Virus record (IMG/VR): IMGVR_UViG_3300037501_000085
DNA from: a virus
Length of the DNA: 44,335 nt
Strand: one strand, 5' to 3'
Shown here: positions 6,980-14,364 of the stretch, piece by piece
How positions within the stretch are numbered: the first letter of the stretch is position 1
How the letters are laid out: every line of letters begins with the position of its first letter
The notes under the pieces: model-generated
What the model saw: the letters and a program-made list of their open reading frames with translations, nothing else
The model's database searches: none
What the model was told of the DNA's origin: nothing
Translations under genes and position numbers: made by a program

Positions 6980-8097
6980 GCCAGATCCACGCCGAGCGGA
7001 CCCAGACGAACGTACCCCTCTACCTGTCCGTGACCCGGACCGGGGCCGGGGGCGTGGCCGGGCTGACGGCCGTGGTCGCGATCCGGGACGGTCAATCCAC
7101 CACGAGCTACCTGGATTGGTCTGACCAAACTTTCAAGACATCGGGCTGGACCACCCGGGAGGCGGCCATGGCCGATCTCGGGGGAGGATTCTACGCCCGG
7201 GCCGGCGGACTCAATCTCTCCACGATCACGAATCTGCCCGGGACCACGACTCATCTGGTAGCCGAGTATCGCGTGTCCGGGATCTACGCCGGAGTGTCGA
7301 CCGATCATATCCTCCTGGCGACCACGGTCTACGCCCCTGCTACTTCGGCCCAGGCCACGGATATTCAGGCCCGGCTCCCGGCGACCCTGAGCGGGGGCCG
7401 GATGCGGGCTCAGGTGGAGGGAATGGATGCGGGTACGGTCACGGCCTCGGCCGTGGCCACGGACGCAATCGACGGGGACGCCCTGGCCGCGTCCGCGGTC
7501 TCGGAGATCCAGGCCGGTCTGGCCACGGCTGCGGCTCTGGCCCTGGTCCAGGCAGATACGGACGATATCCAGGCCCGGCTCCCGGCGACCCTCCTAGGCG
7601 GACGCATGCGGGCTCACGTGGAGGACCTGGACCCCGGGACCATCACCAGCTCCGAGGCCCCGGCCCTGGCGAATCTGGACGTGGCCGTCTCGAGCCGGGC
7701 GATCCCCGGGGATGCCATGGCCCTGACCGTCCTGGCCCGGGACGCCGTGGCGGACGCGATCTGGGACGAGGCCCTGGCGGGGCACCTGGTGGCCGGCTCG
7801 ACGGGCAAGGCCCTGGACGACGCCAAGGACGCGGCGGATGCCTCGAGTATCGCCACGGCCGTCTTGGGGGCCTCGGTCTCGGGGCATCCCGTGGGCTCCC
7901 TCGGGGACGTCGTCCAGCTCCTCCGGCGCATGGCGCGCAATCGTCTTGAGGAGGCCCCGGGCTCGCCCGGGACCCTGATCCTCTATGCGGACGACGGGAT
8001 CACACCCCTGATCACCTGGACCCTGACGGATTTCCAGGGCAACGCTACTCTGGGCCAGGTCGGGGTCCCGAGCCGGCGGACGGCCGGGGCCCCGTGA
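6976..8097 (+). CDS. Fibre-like repeat protein (373 aa)
   Basis: Start moved to ATG 6976 (MSQIHAERTQTNVPLYLSVTRTGAGGVAGL…). An internal module duplication about 68 aa apart reads DIQARLPATLSGGRMRAQVEGMDAGTVTAS against DIQARLPATLLGGRMRAHVEDLDPGTITSS. It also carries AIWDEALAGHLVAGSTGKAL, a motif I recall from phage fibre-like proteins. Confidence 0.65.
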   Translation: MSQIHAERTQTNVPLYLSVTRTGAGGVAGLTAVVAIRDGQSTTSYLDWSDQTFKTSGWTTREAAMADLGGGFYARAGGLNLSTITNLPGTTTHLVAEYRVSGIYAGVSTDHILLATTVYAPATSAQATDIQARLPATLSGGRMRAQVEGMDAGTVTASAVATDAIDGDALAASAVSEIQAGLATAAALALVQADTDDIQARLPATLLGGRMRAHVEDLDPGTITSSEAPALANLDVAVSSRAIPGDAMALTVLARDAVADAIWDEALAGHLVAGSTGKALDDAKDAADASSIATAVLGASVSGHPVGSLGDVVQLLRRMARNRLEEAPGSPGTLILYADDGITPLITWTLTDFQGNATLGQVGVPSRRTAGAP

Positions 8098-8312
8098 GCT
8101 TCCTGGGTCGGGCCGGGCATATACCCCTGGGTCGGGCCGGGGTCTCGTTCGGATATGGGGCCGAGTCCACGATAGGCCTCCTCCAGACCGTGATCACCCT
8201 GGCCGCCGACGTCGAGCCCCTCACCCTGACCTCAGTAGTGGCCCCGGCTCTCGTGCTCGGGAGCCAGGTCTCCCCCCTGGACCTGGTCTCCCGTATCGAG
8301 CCCTCAGATTAG
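8094..8312 (+). CDS. Small hypothetical protein (72 aa)
   Basis: GTGA overlap with the preceding gene. Its end overlaps the stop of the convergent DUF932-like gene by 4 nt. Confidence 0.4.
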   Translation: MSFLGRAGHIPLGRAGVSFGYGAESTIGLLQTVITLAADVEPLTLTSVVAPALVLGSQVSPLDLVSRIEPSD

Positions 8313-9370
8313 ACGGAGAGCCCAGCATCCCTCAGGATCTGGCGGGCGATCTGACCCGCGTCGATCCCATGATCCTGGGCCGCATCGACGGTCATGCGCT
8401 CGATCGTGCCATCGGCCATGACCACCTCGACCAGCTCCTGAATTTGCTGGATTCGCTCGGCCCGGGCGCCGAACAGGAGAGAATCCAAGGCGTCCCCGCC
8501 TCGGACCTCACGGCGAGTACCGTCGGCGTGACGGTCGACGAGCCAGGTCGCGGCATTCCAGAGGGTGGCGAGGTTCCCGGGGCGAGTACCCACACGGTTC
8601 TCCGGCCTGGCCGCGGCCAGGCGGGCCTCCGTTCGGAGGTTCTCCGCTCGGGTTTTGGCGTTGGCCGAGGCCGATTCCTCGGCCTCGGGAAAGAGGGCGT
8701 CAAAGGCGGCCTGGGCCGCGGCCCGGGGCAGGATCGTCTGCTCGGCCCGGGCGAAAAGATCCCGGACCTTCTCCCCGGTCTTGATCGTGTCCGCGATCGT
8801 GGCCTGGAGGACCTGCACCTTGGTCTCGAGGGAGGCCGTGTGCCGGAGCTTGGCCATGCCCTCCCCATCCGAGCGCATGGCCGCGGACAGGGTGTTGGCA
8901 CACACGACACGGACCGACGTCGTACCAGCGGTCAGGCGCATGGAGCCGTCGAAAGAATCCGCGAGAATCAACTGCGTCCGGATCCCGTCACCCCCGACGT
9001 CGAACGTGGCGAGCACACGGGACCCGTCCCGGAGGGCGAAGGCCCCGGTCGGGGCCGCGCCCGCGACCACGGCAGCCCGGCACAGGTCCCGCCACTCGGC
9101 TGGGGTCGTGGCCCGGTAACGGTCCCCGACTGCGCCGAGGACTGCGGAGGGGTGGCCCTGGTAATGTCCGACCAGGGCCTGGACCGGGGCTCGGAGGCCT
9201 GTGGACGTGTGCAGGGGCATCAGATCCAGAGCGACGGGCCACGCGCCCGAGGATTCGCCCAGGGCGATTTGATCCTCGGCCGTGGTCATCACACCGATAT
9301 CCTCCAGGCCGTGCCAGGAGGACGCCGTCAAAACCCCGCGATGCCATTCGTGTGCCATATTCTCATCCAT
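8309..9370 (-). CDS. DUF932-family (phage/plasmid-like) protein
   Basis: It shows the pattern W-H-G…LGAVGDRY…ILADSFDGSMRL…RVVCANTL…LRHT, characteristic as recalled of DUF932/TIGR03299 proteins. The start is ambiguous among 9403, 9370 and 9358. Confidence 0.7.
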   Translation of the reverse strand: MDENMAHEWHRGVLTASSWHGLEDIGVMTTAEDQIALGESSGAWPVALDLMPLHTSTGLRAPVQALVGHYQGHPSAVLGAVGDRYRATTPAEWRDLCRAAVVAGAAPTGAFALRDGSRVLATFDVGGDGIRTQLILADSFDGSMRLTAGTTSVRVVCANTLSAAMRSDGEGMAKLRHTASLETKVQVLQATIADTIKTGEKVRDLFARAEQTILPRAAAQAAFDALFPEAEESASANAKTRAENLRTEARLAAARPENRVGTRPGNLATLWNAATWLVDRHADGTRREVRGGDALDSLLFGARAERIQQIQELVEVVMADGTIERMTVDAAQDHGIDAGQIARQILRDAGLSV

Positions 9371-9454
9371 CCTTTCGTCTTTCGACGGACTCAGGTAAAG
9401 CACGGGTTATGCCAACCTTGGAACAGGAATTTTTGGGATTTGGCTGGATCAGGG

Positions 9455-9472
9455 TATGACATAGATGTCATA
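9455..9472. promoter_or_regulatory. Operator-like palindrome 1: TATGACAT-AG-ATGTCATA
   Basis: Perfect 8+2+8 palindrome, embedded in a longer imperfect palindrome of about 70 bp (about 9427-9497). Confidence 0.6.
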
Positions 9473-9509
9473 GTTGATCCAGAAAATCCCAAATCTTGGG
9501 GCTTTTCGC

Positions 9510-9527
9510 TATGACATCCATGTCATA
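9510..9527. promoter_or_regulatory. Operator-like palindrome 2: TATGACAT-CC-ATGTCATA
   Basis: It has the same half-sites as palindrome 1, with centres 55 bp apart (about 5 helical turns). Confidence 0.6.
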
Positions 9528-9732
9528 ACCTTGCAACGTTTGCAGACTCGGATATTTAGTGGTCAGACCACATGTAAATATTGCAAGGTTGCGCATTATT
9601 TATATGGTCGGTTTTTCGCCGAGATTTGCGATTTTGAGAAAAAATCGTGACTTTTTTGCATAGCCTGATCTCGATTATGTCTCCAAAAATCCCTAATCCA
9701 AGGTTGGCACATGCCGTGCAGTAGCTCCAATC

Positions 9733-10020
9733 ATGAACACCTACTCCAAACTCCGTGACGGCTCGTGGGGCGTGCGCGTGGCTGGGCCAGCTAAGGCCGG
9801 GGCGGCCGTGACCGTGACCAAGAAATCTGGCGAGACCAAGACCGAGACGATCGGCCGGGTTCTCTGGACCGACGGTAAGGTCAGCCTGTGCACGATCGTG
9901 TCCTCGACCGCGTCCAGGCGGTCGGACCGGTCGGCCCATCCTTGGACCGGCTGTGCGTGTGGCTCTCGTGAGGGCTATCCGCAGGACTCGGATTGCTGGC
10001 AGTGTCAGCACGACTACTAG
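9733..10020 (+). CDS. Small protein with SWGV-type N-terminal domain and Cys-rich C-terminus (95 aa)
   Basis: MNTYSKLRDGSWGVRVAGPAKAGAAVTVTKKSGETKTETIGRVLW… followed by …CACGSREGYPQDSDCWQCQHDY, a possible zinc-binding tail. The N-terminal pattern is recalled from small phage/plasmid proteins of unknown function. Confidence 0.55.
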   Translation: MNTYSKLRDGSWGVRVAGPAKAGAAVTVTKKSGETKTETIGRVLWTDGKVSLCTIVSSTASRRSDRSAHPWTGCACGSREGYPQDSDCWQCQHDY

Positions 10021-10055
10021 CGCGGTCAGGCTTGACCCTGGCCCGCGTCGTGCAA

Positions 10056-10262
10056 ATGGTGAAACGCATGTACTACATCGTTAGCGTGGACCAGCGTATG
10101 GGTCCGTTCCGGACTCCGGCCGAAGCGGGCCGGGTCTGGCGTGATCTGCCCTGCCAGTTCCGGGGCCGAATTGAGGCCTCGGACGGACGTCCGGCCACGG
10201 CCCGGGAACTGGACGAGGCCCTGGGGGAGATCCTCAGCCGGACCGTCCAAGAGGCTTTGTGA
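10056..10262 (+). CDS. Small hypothetical protein (68 aa)
   Basis: ATG 10056 (or 10068). A GTGA overlap leads into the next gene. Confidence 0.45.
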   Translation: MVKRMYYIVSVDQRMGPFRTPAEAGRVWRDLPCQFRGRIEASDGRPATARELDEALGEILSRTVQEAL

Positions 10263-10474
10263 AAGGGGAGATCACGGCCCTGTCCATGCGCCTTCGGCTG
10301 GCCGAGACTCGAGACGAGGCCAGGGCGGAGGTCCTGGCCGCCTACGCTCGGACCCGGAGCCTGGGCCGGACCGCGGCCCAGCTCGGGGTCAGTCTGGGCA
10401 CCCTGCGTCGGGTGGTGGACGAGGATCCGATCCTGAGGTCCTGGATAGTCCAGATCCGGGCTAACGGACCCTGA
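10259..10474 (+). CDS. Helix-turn-helix DNA-binding protein (71 aa), candidate regulator
   Basis: GTG start. The segment SLGRTAAQLGVSLGTLRRVV is a typical HTH. Its 3' end overlaps the convergent tail-fibre gene by 14 nt. Confidence 0.6.
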   Translation: MKGEITALSMRLRLAETRDEARAEVLAAYARTRSLGRTAAQLGVSLGTLRRVVDEDPILRSWIVQIRANGP

Positions 10475-11702
10475 GGGATAGGGCGTGGTAGACCGCGCCC
10501 GCGGCCTGGTAGCCGGCGACCATGAACCGTTGACCCACGTCCCGACAGATCGTCATGATCGGATCTGGGGTCAGGGCGAAATGCCTCCCCAGGGGGTTCG
10601 GGACCAGGGCCCAGGTCTGCCCCTGGTCCCGGCTGTAGGCGATCCAGCGAAATCCGTCCCTGATCACGACACAGGCCACGATCGAGCCCCGGACGCAGGC
10701 CGAGCCGTGGACGATCTCCGAGGTCCGGATCACGTCCCCCGCCACGTCCCGGCGGACCCAGGTCCCGGATGCACCGTCTACGCTGGTGTAGATCCGAGAG
10801 TCCGCCACGCCCGTATCGCAGGCTAGGAACATGAACATGCCGTCGGCTGGGAGGTAGAGCAGGTCCGCGATTTCGGTGGAGGCAGGATCGGGATAGGTGA
10901 TGGCTGTCGAGTTGGTGTCCGAATCCTGCCAGCGCCAAATCGTATCCAGGGTCCCAGCGATTTTGTACGTAGGGCCCGCGGCCAGGGTGTCCACCACGAT
11001 ATTCCCTGTTGTGGCCGGATGTCGGGTAGAGATCGTGACCGGGCTACCTCCATTGTCGTCGTCGATCCTGAAAATGCCGGGATTTGGGCCCGCGATCTGT
11101 CCACCGGCCCAGTACACATCCAGGTACGGATCCCCGATGATCTTCCGGAGGACCGTGCTCCCGGTGACGGCCACGGTCCCCCATGGATCGGCGATTCCGG
11201 TCAGAGCCACCCGACCGGCCCCACCTACCTCATAGATCGTAGCCGTGCTCCCGTCCGTGGCTCCGGAGCCTTTCCGCTGGGCCATGCCCTGGATCACAGC
11301 ACCGCCCCCGATCGTGAAATCGGCGGTCCAAGTGTATCCCCCGTCCGCCGAGACCCGGATCACGTCCTCGTTATTTGCGTGGTAGAGCCACCTCGCCGGA
11401 TGCCAGGGTGCCCAGGCCAGATCGCCGGTCACGGATCCCCCGGACCCGATCGATCCTGACGTGGGTCCGGGTTCGGGCCACGTGAGGATGTCCAGGCCGT
11501 CCAGGTACTCGAGAAAGGCATAGACCAGATTTTGCCAGTAATTTTGATACTGTGCAGGGGGTCTCTCGGAGGGCTCCCACCCCTCGGCTAGCTTGCCGGC
11601 CGAGGGCGCGACCTTGGTTGGGGTCCCGTTCCAGGGGTTGCCTCCGGCGGGGTAGGATGCGTCGGTGGCCCACGGGGGTACGGCTCCTGAGGGTCTGGCC
11701 AT
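10461..11702 (-). CDS. Tail fibre / receptor-binding protein with Asp-box (BNR-like) beta-propeller C-terminal region
   Basis: The N-terminus PPWATDASYPAGGNPWNGTPTKVAPSAGKLAEGWEPSERPPAQYQNYWQNLV is typical of phage fibre anchoring regions. Three SxDxGxTW-type motifs follow: SADGGYTW, SVDGASGTW and SRDQGQTW. It is the last gene of the tail module. Confidence 0.7.
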   Translation of the reverse strand: MARPSGAVPPWATDASYPAGGNPWNGTPTKVAPSAGKLAEGWEPSERPPAQYQNYWQNLVYAFLEYLDGLDILTWPEPGPTSGSIGSGGSVTGDLAWAPWHPARWLYHANNEDVIRVSADGGYTWTADFTIGGGAVIQGMAQRKGSGATDGSTATIYEVGGAGRVALTGIADPWGTVAVTGSTVLRKIIGDPYLDVYWAGGQIAGPNPGIFRIDDDNGGSPVTISTRHPATTGNIVVDTLAAGPTYKIAGTLDTIWRWQDSDTNSTAITYPDPASTEIADLLYLPADGMFMFLACDTGVADSRIYTSVDGASGTWVRRDVAGDVIRTSEIVHGSACVRGSIVACVVIRDGFRWIAYSRDQGQTWALVPNPLGRHFALTPDPIMTICRDVGQRFMVAGYQAAGAVYHALSLRVR

Positions 11703-11705
11703 GGG

Positions 11706-12320
11706 CTAGGACGCTATCACGGACTGGAGCTGACCGCCCACCCCGACCGTCAGACTGTCGCCGTATCCCAGATCGTCTGAGGTCTCCTGAGGACTGGTCT
11801 GGGAGGCGAACGTGAACGAGTCCGCTGGGGCGGCCTGACTCCAGAGCAGGAACAGCCGCACGCCCGCGGCCTTGGTCGTGACCAGATTCTGCCAGAGCAC
11901 GAGGATCGCCCAGGTCACGGCCCCGTCCACCTGGATAGTCACGGCCGCGGGATAGTGCTCGGTCAGGGACAGGGCGAATCCTGAGGGCAGGCTCAGGACC
12001 CCGACCGCGATCAGGTCCTCGGTCGTACCGCTGGAGCGGTTGATCCGGATCTGGGCTCGGAGGGCGATTCGGTAGTCCTCGTCCGATAGATCCCCTCGGC
12101 CTCGGCCTACGATCCGTCCCAGCATGTCCAGGGCCGCGTCCTCGGCCACATCTAGGGCTCGGAGGGTGATCACCTCCCAGGTGGCATCCTCCAGTTCCTG
12201 AATCCGACGTAGGTACGATCGGAGTAGAGCCTCGAGCTTGGATTTGCCTCGAAATTGCTCCAGGAGCCTGGACAGGCCCTGGTCTACGTGCGTGGTTTTG
12301 GGCTGGGGGTTCCAGGTCAT
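11706..12320 (-). CDS. Baseplate/tail-fibre-proximal protein (DUF2612-like, P2 gpI / Mu gp48 position)
   Basis: Start moved to ATG 12320 (ATGA overlap). The pattern LSRLLEQFRGKSKLEALLRSYLRRIQELED…LDMLGRIVG…YRIALRAQIRINRSSGT and its position directly before the fibre gene support the call. Confidence 0.55.
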   Translation of the reverse strand: MTWNPQPKTTHVDQGLSRLLEQFRGKSKLEALLRSYLRRIQELEDATWEVITLRALDVAEDAALDMLGRIVGRGRGDLSDEDYRIALRAQIRINRSSGTTEDLIAVGVLSLPSGFALSLTEHYPAAVTIQVDGAVTWAILVLWQNLVTTKAAGVRLFLLWSQAAPADSFTFASQTSPQETSDDLGYGDSLTVGVGGQLQSVIAS

Positions 12321-13591
12321 GACCCCTCGAGAGCCCGGGCGCAGCACCAGGAGGCCGCGCTAGCGCACCAGGGGACTTCGTCCGAGGCCTTTGGCCCGAG
12401 GACTCGACGGCCGCCCTGCTGACCCAGGCCGGCCCTCGGCGGGCCTCCTCGGCGGGCCCCGGCATGGTACTCCTGGATTCGGGGATGGGAGCCTGGGCCT
12501 CGGACCTCTCGGATTCCTCGGGCCAGCTCGGCCCGGGCTGCGGCCAGGGCCCGGAGACCTAGATCATCCGGGTAGACGATCCACCCGAGGACTCGACCTA
12601 GATCTAGGGGCGCTCGAGTCCAGGTATCCCCCTCGTTGCCTCCGATTGTGATCAGGCCCTCGGGATAGGTTCCCTCCACTCTCTCTACGTGGCCCGATCC
12701 GCCCGTGCGAGGGTCCTGGCCCAGGCGCCCGGATATGGCCAGGTCCCCGGGCTGGGGGACGTGCGCGTCCCGGTCCCGCCACGTGCCCAGGGCTCGGGCG
12801 TCGGACACCAGTTCTGCGACCGAGCACCGATAACCATGCGGGGCTCGGCTCGGAGGAGGCTCGGACCGGGCCAGGGACGCGGCGATGAATTCGGCCAGGC
12901 CCTCCCCGAGGGCTCGGACGGGAGCCAGGACCTCCGAGGTCAGGCTCAGGCCCTCGGCCCGGCCAAAGACCGAGGCCAAGAGCCTGGGCATGACCTCCCT
13001 CTGCTGCTGGATGTGGGCCTCCCGATCTATGTCCTGGCTGGGGAAAAGCTCCACATGTAAGCCGGGGGCCTGGACGGGCTGACCCACCTCCAGGACGTGG
13101 CCTAGAGCGGCCTCTAGGACATGGCGTGTGGACGTAGCTCGGCCGGGCTGGCCGACCGGGATCCGCTCCGTGTAGCCCATGCTCGTGGCCGTCATGACCA
13201 GGCGGACTGAGCCCTCCCGGGCCCGGCCGAGCAATCGGCGCCAGACGTCTATATGGACGGGATTGGGTGGGATGCTCGAATGCGTGCCATCGAATACGGC
13301 CACGCCCCGGATCAGGTCCTCGGGCACGGCCCGGCCGATTAGGGCCGCCCGGACGGACTGGCACCCGGCCGAGTACCCGATCAGGAGCAGGCCCGCGTCC
13401 GGAGGGGCTCCGGCCAGGACCCGAGCGGCCTGGACGTCTCCCTGGGACACTCCCAGGGGAGCCTGGTCCGAGGCCACGATCCCCCAGCCGGGCAGAGCCT
13501 CCTGGAGAGCCCGGTCCATGTGCGAGCCCACGAGCCAGCACAGGGCTAGGCCCCTAGGGCGTAGGGAGGGATAACGCTGGACGAGTCTCAC
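12317..13591 (-). CDS. Two-domain cell-envelope hydrolase: GYSxG esterase-like N-terminal domain plus NlpC/P60-CHAP-like peptidase, with an extra orphan half-domain at the C-terminus
   Basis: GTG start in a GTGA overlap. LLLIGYSAGCQSV is a GxSxG nucleophile elbow of the cutinase/LysB-like GYSxG type. The core YRCSVAELV…PQPGDLAISG…GSGHVERV…ITIGGNEGD has Cys before His. The C-terminal REVRGPGSHPRIQEY…DEVPWCASAASWC resembles the first half of a TIGR02594-type domain and ends 10 aa later. Confidence 0.65.
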   Translation of the reverse strand: MRLVQRYPSLRPRGLALCWLVGSHMDRALQEALPGWGIVASDQAPLGVSQGDVQAARVLAGAPPDAGLLLIGYSAGCQSVRAALIGRAVPEDLIRGVAVFDGTHSSIPPNPVHIDVWRRLLGRAREGSVRLVMTATSMGYTERIPVGQPGRATSTRHVLEAALGHVLEVGQPVQAPGLHVELFPSQDIDREAHIQQQREVMPRLLASVFGRAEGLSLTSEVLAPVRALGEGLAEFIAASLARSEPPPSRAPHGYRCSVAELVSDARALGTWRDRDAHVPQPGDLAISGRLGQDPRTGGSGHVERVEGTYPEGLITIGGNEGDTWTRAPLDLGRVLGWIVYPDDLGLRALAAARAELARGIREVRGPGSHPRIQEYHAGARRGGPPRAGLGQQGGRRVLGPKASDEVPWCASAASWCCARALEGS

Positions 13592-13794
13592 GGCTCAGGC
13601 GGAGGGTCCGTATCGTGGAGGGCCACGCGCTCTCGGTCGATCCGAGCATCGATGGAGTCCCAGGCGGCCAGGTCCGGGGGCATGGGGCCGAGCTGATGCC
13701 GGCCCCAGAAATCGATCAGGAGCGGGGCCACGCCCGGGATCCGGGGGATGACCTCCCGGGCGAAGGCTACGAGGAGACCGAGGGCCTCAGACAT
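13588..13794 (-). CDS. Small protein with hydrophobic N-terminus (68 aa), possibly membrane-associated
   Basis: MSEALGLLVAFAREVIPRIPGVAPLLIDFW…; coupled to both neighbours. Confidence 0.4.
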   Translation of the reverse strand: MSEALGLLVAFAREVIPRIPGVAPLLIDFWGRHQLGPMPPDLAAWDSIDARIDRERVALHDTDPPPEP

Positions 13795-14080
13795 GGCCAC
13801 ACTTCTCGGGCTCAAATGCACACCAGGCCCGGCGGACGGCCTCCAGGGCCTCTCGGACGGGCCGGTAGCGCTCCCTCACCCCGTGGATACACGGATCGAT
13901 CTGAGGCCCAGGGAGGGAGAGGCAACGCCTTTGGTCCGCCTCGTATGTCTCCCTGAGGAGGGCATCCGCAAGGCTCACGGCCTGGAGCCCGGTTCGGGCG
14001 AGGTCCAGAGCGGTCTGGATCTCGTGCTGGGCCGGCGCGCAGCCTGCCAGGATGAGGGCGAGGGGGAGGAGGGACCTCAT
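13787..14080 (-). CDS. Lipoprotein (97 aa; o-spanin-like or other envelope lipoprotein)
   Basis: MRSLLPLALILAGC is a signal peptide plus lipobox (L-A-G-C). The mature part carries four further Cys residues. Confidence 0.65.
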   Translation of the reverse strand: MRSLLPLALILAGCAPAQHEIQTALDLARTGLQAVSLADALLRETYEADQRRCLSLPGPQIDPCIHGVRERYRPVREALEAVRRAWCAFEPEKCGHV

Positions 14081-14364
14081 TTCGGGGCCCCGTCCCGGTA
14101 GGAATTGATCCCCATCGCTCCCAGGGCAGCCGTGGCCGAGGTCAGGCCCAGGGCCTCCCAGCTCGCGTCCGTGGTCAGGCCCAGAGCTAGGGTCGGGAGG
14201 GTGGCCAGGATCAGGACGTAGGCCCGCTTGGCCCAGGGATTGGTGAGCCGCTCGCCAATCCAGGGTGCGCGCTTGGATAGCGCGACTACGGCGAATAGGA
14301 GTCCGGCCGCGACCAGACGGCCCTCGCCGGACGTGAGTAGAGTCAGGATCTCGGCCTCGGTCAT
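14077..14364 (-). CDS. Small multi-pass membrane protein (95 aa), holin-like
   Basis: Hydrophobic segments LVAAGLLFAVVAL, AYVLILATLPTLALGL and ALGLTSATAALGAMGI. ATGA overlaps on both sides. Confidence 0.5.
   Translation of the reverse strand: MTEAEILTLLTSGEGRLVAAGLLFAVVALSKRAPWIGERLTNPWAKRAYVLILATLPTLALGLTTDASWEALGLTSATAALGAMGINSYRDGAPK

Larger units (their letters stand above)
9404..9732. promoter_or_regulatory. AT-rich divergent control region with multiple nested inverted repeats
   Basis: It lies between a minus gene start (about 9370-9403) and a plus gene start (9733). It is bracketed by tgccaaccttgg (9410-9421) and ccaaggttggca (9698-9709) and contains twin 18-bp palindromes plus further inverted repeats. 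Confidence 0.7.

Noticed and set aside
8369-9514. Long antisense ORF 8369..9514 (381 aa, plus) opposite the DUF932-like gene
   Set aside because: The translation is Gly/Arg/Pro-biased, as is typical of antisense frames in GC-rich DNA. The opposite strand carries clear family motifs.
11371-13541. Alternative-frame minus ORFs 11371..12465 (364 aa) and 12564..13541 (325 aa)
   Set aside because: Both are extremely Arg/Pro/Gly-rich and overlap well-supported genes (fibre, DUF2612-like, hydrolase) in other frames.
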